64,000 nucleotides of DNA from the NCBI GenBank assembly GCA_947586825.1, contig CANPXU010000004.1, forward strand, positions 4,939 through 68,938. Reading direction: 5' to 3'. Both the position numbers and the translations under genes were made by a program. Position 1 is the first letter of the stretch, and every line of letters starts with the position of its first letter. This stretch comes from an uncultured Bacilli bacterium. Lineage in GTDB: Bacteria; Bacillota_I; Bacilli_A; RF39; UBA660. Shown in pieces: positions 10,416-19,362 of the stretch. The notes under the pieces are model-generated. The model had not been told where the DNA came from. It worked only from the letters and a program-made list of their open reading frames with translations, and ran no database searches.

Positions 10416-11267
10416 TTAGATAATAAATTTATCAATTTTACCCGCAACAATAGAAAGTAATAAAATACTTAAATATACTCCTAAATCTAGATTGATAAAA
10501 CTAAGGGCAAAAGTTAAAGCTCCTAAAAAGACACCATAGATATAACATCCACCTTTAGAATATGGCGTAAATCTGGAAAGAGGCGCAATAAAAATAAAGG
10601 CAAATATTAAATTATTATTAATAAAGAAACTAGATGTTAAATCATGGGTAAATATAAGTTTAACAAGAAGTAAAGCATAATAAACGATAAATGCAAGTAA
10701 TGGTATTTCTTTTTTATATTCTCTAATACATAACAAAGTAATAAAGGATATAATACTCATAATAAGTAAAGTATTACTGATTCCACCATAACCTAAGCCT
10801 AAAAGATAATCCATTAAAATATAGACATGATCTATTTCTTTTTCAAAGATATTCAAAAACGAATAATTTTTTAATATCATACTTATCAAGATTAAAATCA
10901 CCATATATAAAGCGACAGGATTTATTTTAATAAAATGAACTATGACATTAACTAGTATCATAAGCCCGACTGCTAAAAAGAAATTAGCTTCCGGCATAAT
11001 TACCAAACTTATCAAAATATTACTTAATAATCCTGAACTTATAAATTTCTTCTTCGTTATTCTAGAATTTACAAAACTAATAATCAAGGCTATCATGACA
11101 TATAAAATGGGTTTTAAAATCGTAAATAGATTACCGTAACCATGATGATATATACGATAACCACTTTTATAAATGCCAAATAAAGCAAATGGGATTAAAA
11201 GCATTAAAGTAAGCTTAAGTAAAAAATCGGTTATATTACTTTTATGGATATAAACATTACTCTTCAT
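10416..11267 (-). CDS. Polytopic membrane protein, divergent RnfD/NqrB-like
   Basis: 283 aa with about 8 TM segments. The segments SGLLSNILISLVIMPE and IFAFIFIAPLSRFTPYSKGGCYIYGVFLGAL align loosely with the RnfD consensus (aFFMaTDPvTsp..G..iyG) from memory, but the TDPVT-like motif and the flavinylation loop are missing. Confidence 0.4.
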   Translation of the reverse strand: MKSNVYIHKSNITDFLLKLTLMLLIPFALFGIYKSGYRIYHHGYGNLFTILKPILYVMIALIISFVNSRITKKKFISSGLLSNILISLVIMPEANFFLAVGLMILVNVIVHFIKINPVALYMVILILISMILKNYSFLNIFEKEIDHVYILMDYLLGLGYGGISNTLLIMSIISFITLLCIREYKKEIPLLAFIVYYALLLVKLIFTHDLTSSFFINNNLIFAFIFIAPLSRFTPYSKGGCYIYGVFLGALTFALSFINLDLGVYLSILLLSIVAGKIDKFII

Positions 11268-12411
11268 TTTCGCCTCTTAAATATTTTCTTAAATTAATAT
11301 GATTAGGACACATATAAGTACATAGGCCACAGTCTAAGCAGTTACTAGATACTTTGCCCGTGTCCATTACTTTTTTAGGATTTACTTTAACAGGACAAAT
11401 CTTATAACATAAGCCACAGTTATTACAATCTTCTTCAGGACATTTCTCATCAAGAATAATAATAAGTCCTTTAACAGAAGATGATACAATAGTATCACTT
11501 ATATCACAGCTACTTCCCGTCATTAAACCATTTAAAATATATTTAACATTGGGGCTTGTTATCTTAACATTTTCATCAATAATATCTTTAAATAAAGTAC
11601 CAATTTTTACTTTTATAACTTTACTTTCTTCAAGACAAGGTCCTGATATAGTAATAAAAGTCTCAGTTATATATCGATCATACTTAATAGCATTATACAT
11701 ATCAAGTAATTCTTTAGCACTTAATACTAAAGTATCTAATTCTTCAAGGCCAAGATTTTCTCTTAAAAAATAACTATTTCCTAAAAGATATTTATCATCT
11801 ACTAAAGAAAGTTTTATATTAGGATATGTACCTATTATGGATAAACATTTATTAACATTTGAAGTATCACTTGCTTTAATAGCCACGATAGTTTTATGAA
11901 TGTTAAAATAATCCGCGATCATATCAGCCATTTCTAAAATTTCTTTACAATAATTATTCAAAATAAAAGGATTATTAAAGATATATGGTTCATCTTCAAT
12001 ACCATTTATAACTAAATTATTTATTTTATGAGTTTCAAGAACACTAGCAATATATTTAAAATAATATTCATATAATTTGCTTATTAAAGCTTCAGCACAA
12101 TCAACTTTCGCTTTTTTACGAACTATCTTTGTCTTTTCTTTAAAATCATTTTCTATAACAAGACAAGGTACTTCAGCTCCAGATATATTACGCATTTTAA
12201 TTTCTTTAGCAATGCCTGAAATAGGACTTATTATCTTATTCAAATTATTTTCCATAATAATTTGTTCTTTTAAAACTAAATCTTTACTCTTAACAAGAAG
12301 ATTATAATTTTTCTTAATAGGTATATAAACATAATCAGGATCTAAATGAATAACTAATTCAGGGTTCAAATTATATTTATAGTTTTTATTTAGTTTAATA
12401 AGTTCACGCAT
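11257..12411 (-). CDS. RnfC-like iron-sulfur protein (two 4Fe-4S motifs, degenerate nucleotide/FMN region)
   Basis: C-terminal CNNCGLCYKICP and CLDCGLCTYMCP ferredoxin motifs. The central LVINGIEDEPYIFNNPFIL matches the RnfC iINgaECEPyl region with the Cys lost. No GAGGAGFP-type glycine motif was seen. Confidence 0.55.
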   Translation of the reverse strand: MRELIKLNKNYKYNLNPELVIHLDPDYVYIPIKKNYNLLVKSKDLVLKEQIIMENNLNKIISPISGIAKEIKMRNISGAEVPCLVIENDFKEKTKIVRKKAKVDCAEALISKLYEYYFKYIASVLETHKINNLVINGIEDEPYIFNNPFILNNYCKEILEMADMIADYFNIHKTIVAIKASDTSNVNKCLSIIGTYPNIKLSLVDDKYLLGNSYFLRENLGLEELDTLVLSAKELLDMYNAIKYDRYITETFITISGPCLEESKVIKVKIGTLFKDIIDENVKITSPNVKYILNGLMTGSSCDISDTIVSSSVKGLIIILDEKCPEEDCNNCGLCYKICPVKVNPKKVMDTGKVSSNCLDCGLCTYMCPNHINLRKYLRGENEE

Positions 12412-12442
12412 AATACTACCTCAAAAATAATTATACTATATT

Positions 12443-14212
12443 TTAGTTCATTTGTTCTAAATAATTTTTAAGTTCTTTAGCTACTTCTAAAGGAATTATT
12501 TCACTTAACTCTTCTACAGAGGCAGCTTTAATTTTAACAAGACTACCATATTTTTTAAGCAATAATTTTCTTCTTTTTTCACCAATACCTTGAACATTAT
12601 CCAAAACACTACTTAAAGCCCCTTTACTTCTTATTTGCTTGTGATAGTTAATGGTAAAACGATGGACTTCATCTTGGATTCTTGTTAAATAATTAAAGAC
12701 ATCTGCTTCATTGGCAAGATCTATTTCTTCCATAGTATTACCATTTATTAGAGTCTTAGTTCGATGGTGATCATCTTTTTTAAGGCCACAAATATTAATG
12801 GATAAATTTAAAGCATTTAAAGCTTCTTTACAAGCGTTAATTTGATTTATACCACCATCAACGATAATTAAATCAGGTAGTTTATCTTGCTCTGTTAAAA
12901 GCCTAAAGTATCTACGATAAATAGCTTCATACATCATATGATAATCATCATTCTTATCAACTGTTATCTTAAATTTACGATAATCATTTTTGGAAGGCAA
13001 GCCATTTTTAAAGACAACCATTCCACTTACGGAATAACTACCAAATAAATTGGAGTTATCAAATGATTCAATAGTTGTTAAATTATCCAGTTTAAGAAAT
13101 TCTTTTAATCTAACATTAGCCATAAAAGTTCTTTTTTCATCTCTTTTAAAGCTCTCTATTTCATTTTCTAGATTAACTTTAGAATTGGCATAAGCAATAT
13201 TTAAAAGCTCTTTCTTTTTTCCTTTTAAAGGAGTTACAAGACTAAGGCCTAAAAGACTAGTTAAAGCCTCTTTATTAATATTATCGGCCACTAATAACTC
13301 TTTAGGTTTTTCATGAGTTTGGTAAAAAGCATAAATATATAAATTTAATTCTTCTTCAAAAGGCCCTATAACATTTAAAATATGATTATGAGAACCTAAT
13401 AACTTACCATTTCTAATAAATAATATTTGAATAGATAAATACCCATTTAAGAAATAATAACTTATAACATCCCGATTTATATAATCATGAAGTTCTACTT
13501 CTTGCCTATCAAGGACTACTTTAATATAATTAAGTTCATTACGAAGTTCTAAAGCTTTTTCATAATTTAAATTTTGGGAATAAAAATCTATCTTGGAAGT
13601 AATCTTATCAATTAATATCTTACTGTTACCTCGAAGAAAAGAAAGAATCTCTCTTTCCATATTATCGACTTCTTCTTTATTTATGGTATTAACACAATAT
13701 CCTAAACACTCACCAATATGATAATACAAACATAACTTATTGGGATTTCCTTCACACTTTTTAAGAGGATATAATCTATTTATTAAATTAACGATTCTAC
13801 GAGCTGCATAGGCGTTAGGATAAGGCCCAAAGAGCGTCTTTTTATCTCTTTTACGAATAGAAGTATATCTTGCTACTTTTAGCTTAGGAAACGGCTTATT
13901 TATGTATTCAATGTAAGGATAAGACTTATCATCTTTTAAAAGGATATTATATTTAGGATCATATTTTTTAATTAAATTAAGTTCAAGAATAAAACTTTCC
14001 GTTTCTGTTTTAGTAACTATATAAGTAAAATGATCTACTTCACTTACCATTATCGCTGTTTTACCTGTACAAGTCCCACGAAAATAAGAATGTAGGCGCT
14101 TATTTAAGTCTTTAGCTTTACCTACATAGATAACTATCCCATCTTTATTAATCATTTGATAGGATCCTGGTAAATGAGGTACTAGTTTTAAATCTTCTTT
14201 AATTCTATCCAT
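12443..14212 (-). CDS. uvrC: Excinuclease ABC subunit C
   Basis: GIY-YIG N-terminus (PGSYQMINKDGIVIYVGKAKDLNKRL), a UvrBC-interaction region, an endonuclease V-like domain and a C-terminal (HhH)2 (GIGEKRRKLLLKKYGSL). Confidence 0.95.
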   Translation of the reverse strand: MDRIKEDLKLVPHLPGSYQMINKDGIVIYVGKAKDLNKRLHSYFRGTCTGKTAIMVSEVDHFTYIVTKTETESFILELNLIKKYDPKYNILLKDDKSYPYIEYINKPFPKLKVARYTSIRKRDKKTLFGPYPNAYAARRIVNLINRLYPLKKCEGNPNKLCLYYHIGECLGYCVNTINKEEVDNMEREILSFLRGNSKILIDKITSKIDFYSQNLNYEKALELRNELNYIKVVLDRQEVELHDYINRDVISYYFLNGYLSIQILFIRNGKLLGSHNHILNVIGPFEEELNLYIYAFYQTHEKPKELLVADNINKEALTSLLGLSLVTPLKGKKKELLNIAYANSKVNLENEIESFKRDEKRTFMANVRLKEFLKLDNLTTIESFDNSNLFGSYSVSGMVVFKNGLPSKNDYRKFKITVDKNDDYHMMYEAIYRRYFRLLTEQDKLPDLIIVDGGINQINACKEALNALNLSINICGLKKDDHHRTKTLINGNTMEEIDLANEADVFNYLTRIQDEVHRFTINYHKQIRSKGALSSVLDNVQGIGEKRRKLLLKKYGSLVKIKAASVEELSEIIPLEVAKELKNYLEQMN

Positions 14213-14283
14213 AATATCCCTTGCTTTAAATATTATACTACAATTATGCCTAAAAATAAGTTATAATTTAGACAGGTGATATT

Positions 14284-14640
14284 ATGCTTATTGGCTCTTC
14301 TGAACTTGTGATTAAAAAATCTAAATTTATTGGCCTTTTATATGAAATTAAATCCGAAGATGAAGCTAAAGCTATTTTAGATAATTTAAGAAAAGAATAT
14401 TCTAAAGCTAGACACTTACCTTATGCTTATGTTCTTGAAAATACGGCCAGAAAATCAGATGATAAAGAGCCCCACAATACAGCAGGTATCCAGCTCTTTA
14501 ATCTTTTAAATATTAATAATTTAAATAGCCATCTTTTAGTAGTTATCAGATACTTTGGTGGCACTAAACTAGGCGCAGGCAACCTACTTCGTGCATACTT
14601 AAATGCTGGCAAAATGGCTATTGAAAATAAAAGCAATTAA
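14284..14640 (+). CDS. YigZ/IMPACT-family N-terminal domain protein (UPF0029)
   Basis: KKSKFIG...ARHLPYAY...DDKEPHNTAGIQL...VVIRYFGGTKLGAGNLLRAY matches the UPF0029 consensus. Only the N-terminal domain is present (118 aa). Confidence 0.7.
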   Translation: MLIGSSELVIKKSKFIGLLYEIKSEDEAKAILDNLRKEYSKARHLPYAYVLENTARKSDDKEPHNTAGIQLFNLLNINNLNSHLLVVIRYFGGTKLGAGNLLRAYLNAGKMAIENKSN

Positions 14641-14740
14641 CATTTTTACTTACGTAAGTAGCTATCGATACGATACACCTATAGAATCTTCTTAAAATTT
14701 TTAAATTTTAGTCACTAAATTATTTTTTTAAATGCATCGG

Positions 14741-14766
14741 AAAATAAGACTTTTTAGTTAAAGTCT
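14741..14766 (-). terminator. Rho-independent terminator downstream of the glycine-rich protein gene
   Basis: Minus strand: AGACTTT-AACTAA-AAAGTCT followed by TATTTT. Confidence 0.6.
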
Positions 14767-14810
14767 GCTCTTCTATCAATTTACATGAAGTTATTAATAG
14801 CTAATTCAAA

Positions 14811-16112
14811 TTATTCAATTAATGTTATTCTTGCATATCCATTACCAGAATGCCCTGTTTCAATTTCACCATTTGGGCTTGGCATTTGTGAATTCCCTGC
14901 AATCATTAGAGTACCAGTAAAAATTTTACCACTATAATGATATGAGCAAGTAATATTGGTTGTTCCATCAGCGCATCCATCTATAGATTGAATATCTTTT
15001 TCTGTCGACTCTTGTTTAATTGCTACGCAACCTTTGTAACCAGAAATATATGATGATCCTCCGGCAGATGACCCATGAACTGCACTGCCACCACCATAGT
15101 AACCACTACCACCGCCACTTTGGTTGCTCCAAGCAAATAGATTATTTTTATTATTAGATACTTGCTTTTCGCATTCTTGCCTACAGTCGCTTAAGGCATA
15201 AATTGCACCTGAATAGCCAAAACCACTAACATCTAAAAATCCAGTATTCTTGCCAGCGCTATTGTACCAATTAGATATTCCTCCACTAACTTGAGTAGCT
15301 CCCATGCCAATTCCACGTTCATAATTACCACTATAATCTTTTATATCACCATCTAAACCATGCAAAGTGCCTCCTGCCCCACCATTTGCCGAACCATATT
15401 CATATCCACGTGATGATGCGCCACCCCCAGCAGCAGCGACCATTATTCTCGATTTTAATCCTTCAAAATCATTCCAATTACCTTTTACTAGCCTAATATC
15501 TGTTGCTCCGCCACCAGTTCCACCCCAAATTTCTCCAGCGCGAGAGTGTAATCCTACTTCAGCACCGCCATTAAAAGTGCCATTATAGTTTTCGTTTGCA
15601 GGATGTCCTTGCTCGCCAGTATATATGTATAACTTTTCATCTTTTTCCAAATTAATCATTCCTATTGTATACGCGCCCTTTCCTCCATAATAAGCTGCAC
15701 TATCTCCTCCTTGAGAGCCCCAAAGCTCTATAATATATTTACCCGTTTCTGGAGCAATAAATTCCTGCGCCTCTGCTTTATAATCAAAATTATAAGTGTA
15801 TTTAATTTTATCAAAATACAAATAACATTTATATTCTTTATTACTTTCCATTATAAATGTTGTACCAATCCATTTTATTTCTTCATTATTTTGACAATGG
15901 CTTTTTTCCCTATTTAAAACATAGCCTTCTGTAATACTCGGCCAATCTATTCTATCATATTTTACGTAGTCATTATTTTCATCTTTTAGCATAATAGCAA
16001 ACTCATTTTTATTGATATTAGAATTTAAATTAAGCTTCTTATTAATCAAGCTTACAATACAAATAGTAATGGTTAAAAGCATTAATAATATGATTATTAT
16101 CTTCTTTTTCAT
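14811..16112 (-). CDS. Membrane-anchored glycine-rich domain protein (Gly_rich / ALK-LTK-type GRD-like)
   Basis: Preferred start is ATG at 16112 (MKKKIIIILLMLLTITICIVSL) with AAGGAG 7 nt upstream. The track start at 16199 would translate the upstream terminator T-tract. Signature FIAPETGKYIIELWGSQGGDSAAYYGGKGAYTIGMINLEKDEKLYIYTGEQG, then GGGATDIR, AAAGGGAS, GGGSGYYGGGSA. Confidence 0.6.
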   Translation of the reverse strand: MKKKIIIILLMLLTITICIVSLINKKLNLNSNINKNEFAIMLKDENNDYVKYDRIDWPSITEGYVLNREKSHCQNNEEIKWIGTTFIMESNKEYKCYLYFDKIKYTYNFDYKAEAQEFIAPETGKYIIELWGSQGGDSAAYYGGKGAYTIGMINLEKDEKLYIYTGEQGHPANENYNGTFNGGAEVGLHSRAGEIWGGTGGGATDIRLVKGNWNDFEGLKSRIMVAAAGGGASSRGYEYGSANGGAGGTLHGLDGDIKDYSGNYERGIGMGATQVSGGISNWYNSAGKNTGFLDVSGFGYSGAIYALSDCRQECEKQVSNNKNNLFAWSNQSGGGSGYYGGGSAVHGSSAGGSSYISGYKGCVAIKQESTEKDIQSIDGCADGTTNITCSYHYSGKIFTGTLMIAGNSQMPSPNGEIETGHSGNGYARITLIE

Positions 16113-16179
16113 AGGCAACTCCTTTGTAAATTGACAATAATTAGTCATCTTACATACCCTCCATTTTTCCCATTGTCTC

Positions 16180-16220
16180 AAAAAAAAAAAAAAAAACAAG
16201 ATTTTGGGTTTAAAATCTCG
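16180..16220 (-). terminator. Rho-independent terminator of trxA with a 17-nt T tail
   Basis: Minus strand: CGAGATTTT-AAACCC-AAAATCTTG followed by T17 (plus-strand A run at 16180-16196). Confidence 0.75.
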
Positions 16221-16250
16221 TTTCTATCTGTCAATTTACGTGAAGTAAAA

Positions 16251-16550
16251 TCACTTTATAGAGTTATATGTTTCTTTAATTTCATCGATACCACGATAGC
16301 CAATTTCTCTTTCGTGTTCAATTCCATCTTTGAAAAATATTAAAGTTGGAATACTCATAATACCAAATTTACGAGCTAGCTCTTCGTGTTCATCGACATT
16401 GACTTTAATAATATCACAAAAGTCTACTTCATCTAAAACAGGTATAAGCATTTTACAAGGGCCACACCAATCAGCATAAAAATCTACAATATATGTTCCC
16501 TCTTTTATTAATGAATAAAAATCTTCTGTTTTATCTAAATGTTTAATCAT
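16251..16550 (-). CDS. trxA: Thioredoxin
   Basis: 99 aa with the WCGPC active site ([13 protein letters not shown]) and a cis-Pro motif ([11 protein letters not shown]). Confidence 0.9.
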   Translation of the reverse strand: MIKHLDKTEDFYSLIKEGTYIVDFYADWCGPCKMLIPVLDEVDFCDIIKVNVDEHEELARKFGIMSIPTLIFFKDGIEHEREIGYRGIDEIKETYNSIK

Positions 16551-16561
16551 ATTATTCCTTT

Positions 16562-17260
16562 CTAGGAAGCTACGACTACGTTTTCTAAATGTAATTTACC
16601 ATTATCAATACATTCTTGAACTAAATTAGCTTTAACAATATCATATTTAACTAAGATTCTAATAATAGCTAAGTTAGTTTCTTTGCTATCTTTAGTTTCT
16701 TGATAATTATCTATTTCTTCATAAATATTTTCGGCAGCTCCAATGCCGGTTCTAAAGATCATATTTACAATTGGCGTCTTTTCGACAATTGGTTTAACCA
16801 TTTTACTCTCCATAACATATTTAGATGTTTGTGAGAATTGAAGCATTGAAACACCAATGATAAAGACAAAGAATATAGCTTCTACAGCTCCTAAAACGGC
16901 ACCAATAATTTTTGATGGAATTTCAAATATAATTGTGAATTTTAAAAGTAATTCAATAATTCCAGATATATCTATTAAAATATTTAATAAGCAATATAGT
17001 AAGATAAATACTACGATAAAGGCAATGCCTTGATAAACTAATAAATTAAGAGTATATAATTCATTTACTTTGCCACCAAAGTTAAAGAATGGTAAGTGTT
17101 TAATTAAAAGATTACCTATGCTATCTTTAAATTGATAAGCAACAATGGTAATGGAAACTAAACCTATTAATTGAACTAATCCTTTAATAGCGCCCTTCTT
17201 AAATCCATATAATGCACCAAGTATTATTAATATAAGTGCTACAATATCAACTACTGTCAT
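16562..17260 (-). CDS. CvpA-family membrane protein
   Basis: N-terminus [32 protein letters not shown] is typical of CvpA/YshB. It has four TM segments and neighbours rnhC, as in Bacillus. Confidence 0.7.
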   Translation of the reverse strand: MTVVDIVALILIILGALYGFKKGAIKGLVQLIGLVSITIVAYQFKDSIGNLLIKHLPFFNFGGKVNELYTLNLLVYQGIAFIVVFILLYCLLNILIDISGIIELLLKFTIIFEIPSKIIGAVLGAVEAIFFVFIIGVSMLQFSQTSKYVMESKMVKPIVEKTPIVNMIFRTGIGAAENIYEEIDNYQETKDSKETNLAIIRILVKYDIVKANLVQECIDNGKLHLENVVVAS

Positions 17261-17398
17261 ATCATTCCTCTTCTCTATTATTAATTATATTATATTATAT
17301 CCAAAAAATAAAGTATAATTACTAGCGGTGTAAATAATTTGTCGTAATTGAGTGAATTTAATATATACTGATGTTATAATATTTTTGAGGTGCATTTT

Positions 17399-18322
17399 AT
17401 GAACTGTGTGGTATTTAAATTAAGCGAAAATCTAAGGGCTAAATTTACTAAATTTTATGCGCAATATAAATGTGAAAAGACACCACCCTACGCTATTTTT
17501 CAAGCTAAGAATTACGATGTAACAATTACGTTATATGAATCTGGCAAAGTTATGTTCCAAGGTCTTGGTGCTGATATTGAAGCAAGTATTTGGATAGCCA
17601 TGGAGAAAAAATATAACAATATTGATATTGAACAAAAAGATGCTGTGAAAGATAAGAAGAAAAGCGAAGATGATACGTTCTTTTTAAATACCTCTACAAT
17701 TGGTTCAGATGAAACAGGCTGTGGCGATTTCTTTGGTCCGGTTGTTGTATGCGCAACTTACGTTAGTAAAGAAAATATTACTTTTCTTAAAGATCTTGGC
17801 GTTAAAGATTCAAAGAAAATCACTGATGATAAAATCAAAGAAATAGCACCAGAAATTATCAAAAAAATTCCTTATGTGTGTTCCGTTTTAGATAATGAAA
17901 CATATAATAAAAACTTTAAAGATATTAATATGGTTAAGCTAAAATGTGTCTTACATAATAAAGTTTTATGTTCTTTAGTAGAAAAATATAAACCTGATTA
18001 TAAATTTGCCGTTGTCGATCAATTTGTAAATGGCAAGAAGTATTATGAGTATCTAAAAGATGCTCCAAAAAAGCTCAAAGGCATTTCGTTTTATACTAAG
18101 GGCGAAAGCAAATGTATGGCAGTTGCCGCGGCATCAGTCATTGCAAGATATGAATTTTTAAAACAAATGAATAAACTAAATAATAAAGTTGGCTTTGTTT
18201 TACAAAAAGGTGCCGGTCCTATTGTTGATGAACAAATAAATACTTTAATTCAAAAAAATGGCAAAGATTATTTGAAATCTATTGCCAAACTAAATTTTAA
18301 AAACTACACCAAGCTAGGTTAA
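17399..18322 (+). CDS. rnhC: Ribonuclease HIII
   Basis: N-terminal DUF3378-like domain (YAIFQAKNYDVTITLYESGKVMFQG) and the catalytic GSDETGCGDFFGP motif. ATG at 17399 with GAGG 7 nt upstream is preferred over the track GTG at 17390. Confidence 0.85.
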   Translation: MNCVVFKLSENLRAKFTKFYAQYKCEKTPPYAIFQAKNYDVTITLYESGKVMFQGLGADIEASIWIAMEKKYNNIDIEQKDAVKDKKKSEDDTFFLNTSTIGSDETGCGDFFGPVVVCATYVSKENITFLKDLGVKDSKKITDDKIKEIAPEIIKKIPYVCSVLDNETYNKNFKDINMVKLKCVLHNKVLCSLVEKYKPDYKFAVVDQFVNGKKYYEYLKDAPKKLKGISFYTKGESKCMAVAAASVIARYEFLKQMNKLNNKVGFVLQKGAGPIVDEQINTLIQKNGKDYLKSIAKLNFKNYTKLG

Positions 18323-19257
18323 GCACATAATTCTAAAGCAAGTAAATCAAGAGCTACCGATTTATCTATCGTGCCACTTTTTAAACCTAAATCATAATTA
18401 TTAAGCGTAATTATGATTTTTTTGAGCTCATTTTCCGTAAAATCATCTATGTGACTTAAATAGTTTTTCATCATCCAATCTTCTTTACCATAGGCTTTCT
18501 GAACATCTTTTGGTGAAACACCCATTTTCAAATTCAAATATATTTGCATTTCTTTAGCAAGAGAAATAATAACAACAATGGGATCAATTTTGAGTTTTTC
18601 AAATGATGATATAGAATCTAAAGCAGTCTTTAAAGCACGAGCAATTATGGCATTAATAAAGCTAAAAGTTTTATTATTAACACTTAAAGATACAATATTT
18701 TTGATATTTTGAATATTAACTTCACCCTTTGGTAAAAGAATATATATTTTATTTAATTCACCCATTAAAATATCGTAATTAGTATAAGAATTATCAACGA
18801 TATAACTTGCCGTATCATAATCAATTTTATAACCATTTGCTTTTAACAAATCCATACATTTATATGTTAAATCTTTTTTATTCAAAGTAGGAATTTCTAT
18901 ATAATTATTTTGTTCATTGATAAGTTTAAATATTTTCTTTCTTTTATCAGGCATTTCATAACAAGCAAAAATAATTGTCGTATTTTCATTTGGACTTTTC
19001 ATATAATTTTCAAGGCTTTTAATTTCTTTACTACCTTCGTCATTATCACTTTTACCAGGTTTAAAAAAAGTGGCACCTTTAACAATAATATATTTCATTT
19101 CATTAGTCAAAGAAAAATAACTAGCTTCACTTAAAACATCCTCTAAAGTATTTTGTCTTAAGTCATATTTTATAACATTCGAATCAGATGGGACTATCTT
19201 ATTAATCTCATCTTTCATTAAAATAAAACTTTCGCATGCTATTAAATAAACCTTCAT
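18319..19257 (-). CDS. holA: DNA polymerase III delta subunit
   Basis: 312 aa with the delta-subunit layout (N-terminal YLIACESFILMKDEINKI, C-terminal helical domain). It lies directly downstream of comEC, as in Bacillus. Confidence 0.75.
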   Translation of the reverse strand: MKVYLIACESFILMKDEINKIVPSDSNVIKYDLRQNTLEDVLSEASYFSLTNEMKYIIVKGATFFKPGKSDNDEGSKEIKSLENYMKSPNENTTIIFACYEMPDKRKKIFKLINEQNNYIEIPTLNKKDLTYKCMDLLKANGYKIDYDTASYIVDNSYTNYDILMGELNKIYILLPKGEVNIQNIKNIVSLSVNNKTFSFINAIIARALKTALDSISSFEKLKIDPIVVIISLAKEMQIYLNLKMGVSPKDVQKAYGKEDWMMKNYLSHIDDFTENELKKIIITLNNYDLGLKSGTIDKSVALDLLALELCA

Positions 19258-19284
19258 ATAAGTTATTATACTATTTAGTTTTTA

Positions 19285-19310
19285 AAAAGAAAAGAGCCCT
19301 TATAGGGCTC
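19285..19310 (-). terminator. Rho-independent terminator after comEC
   Basis: Minus strand: GAGCCCT-ATA-AGGGCTC followed by TTTTCTTTTT. Confidence 0.75.
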
Positions 19311-19362
19311 AATCTATTTAAACATTATGCACAATGTAATATATTGTATGCCAAAATTTATT

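Noticed and set aside
15367-15588. A Pro/Ala-rich 73-aa ORF on the plus strand.
   Set aside because: It is the antisense reading of the glycine codon runs (GGN read as NCC) in the glycine-rich protein gene.
16180-16196. An A17/T17 homopolymer considered as a phase-variation tract for the glycine-rich protein gene.
   Set aside because: On the minus strand it directly follows a good hairpin after trxA, so it is best explained as the terminator's T tail. It lies upstream of the -35-like TTGAGA, so length changes would not alter promoter spacing. The MFFFFF start in the track ORF is an artefact of translating this tract.
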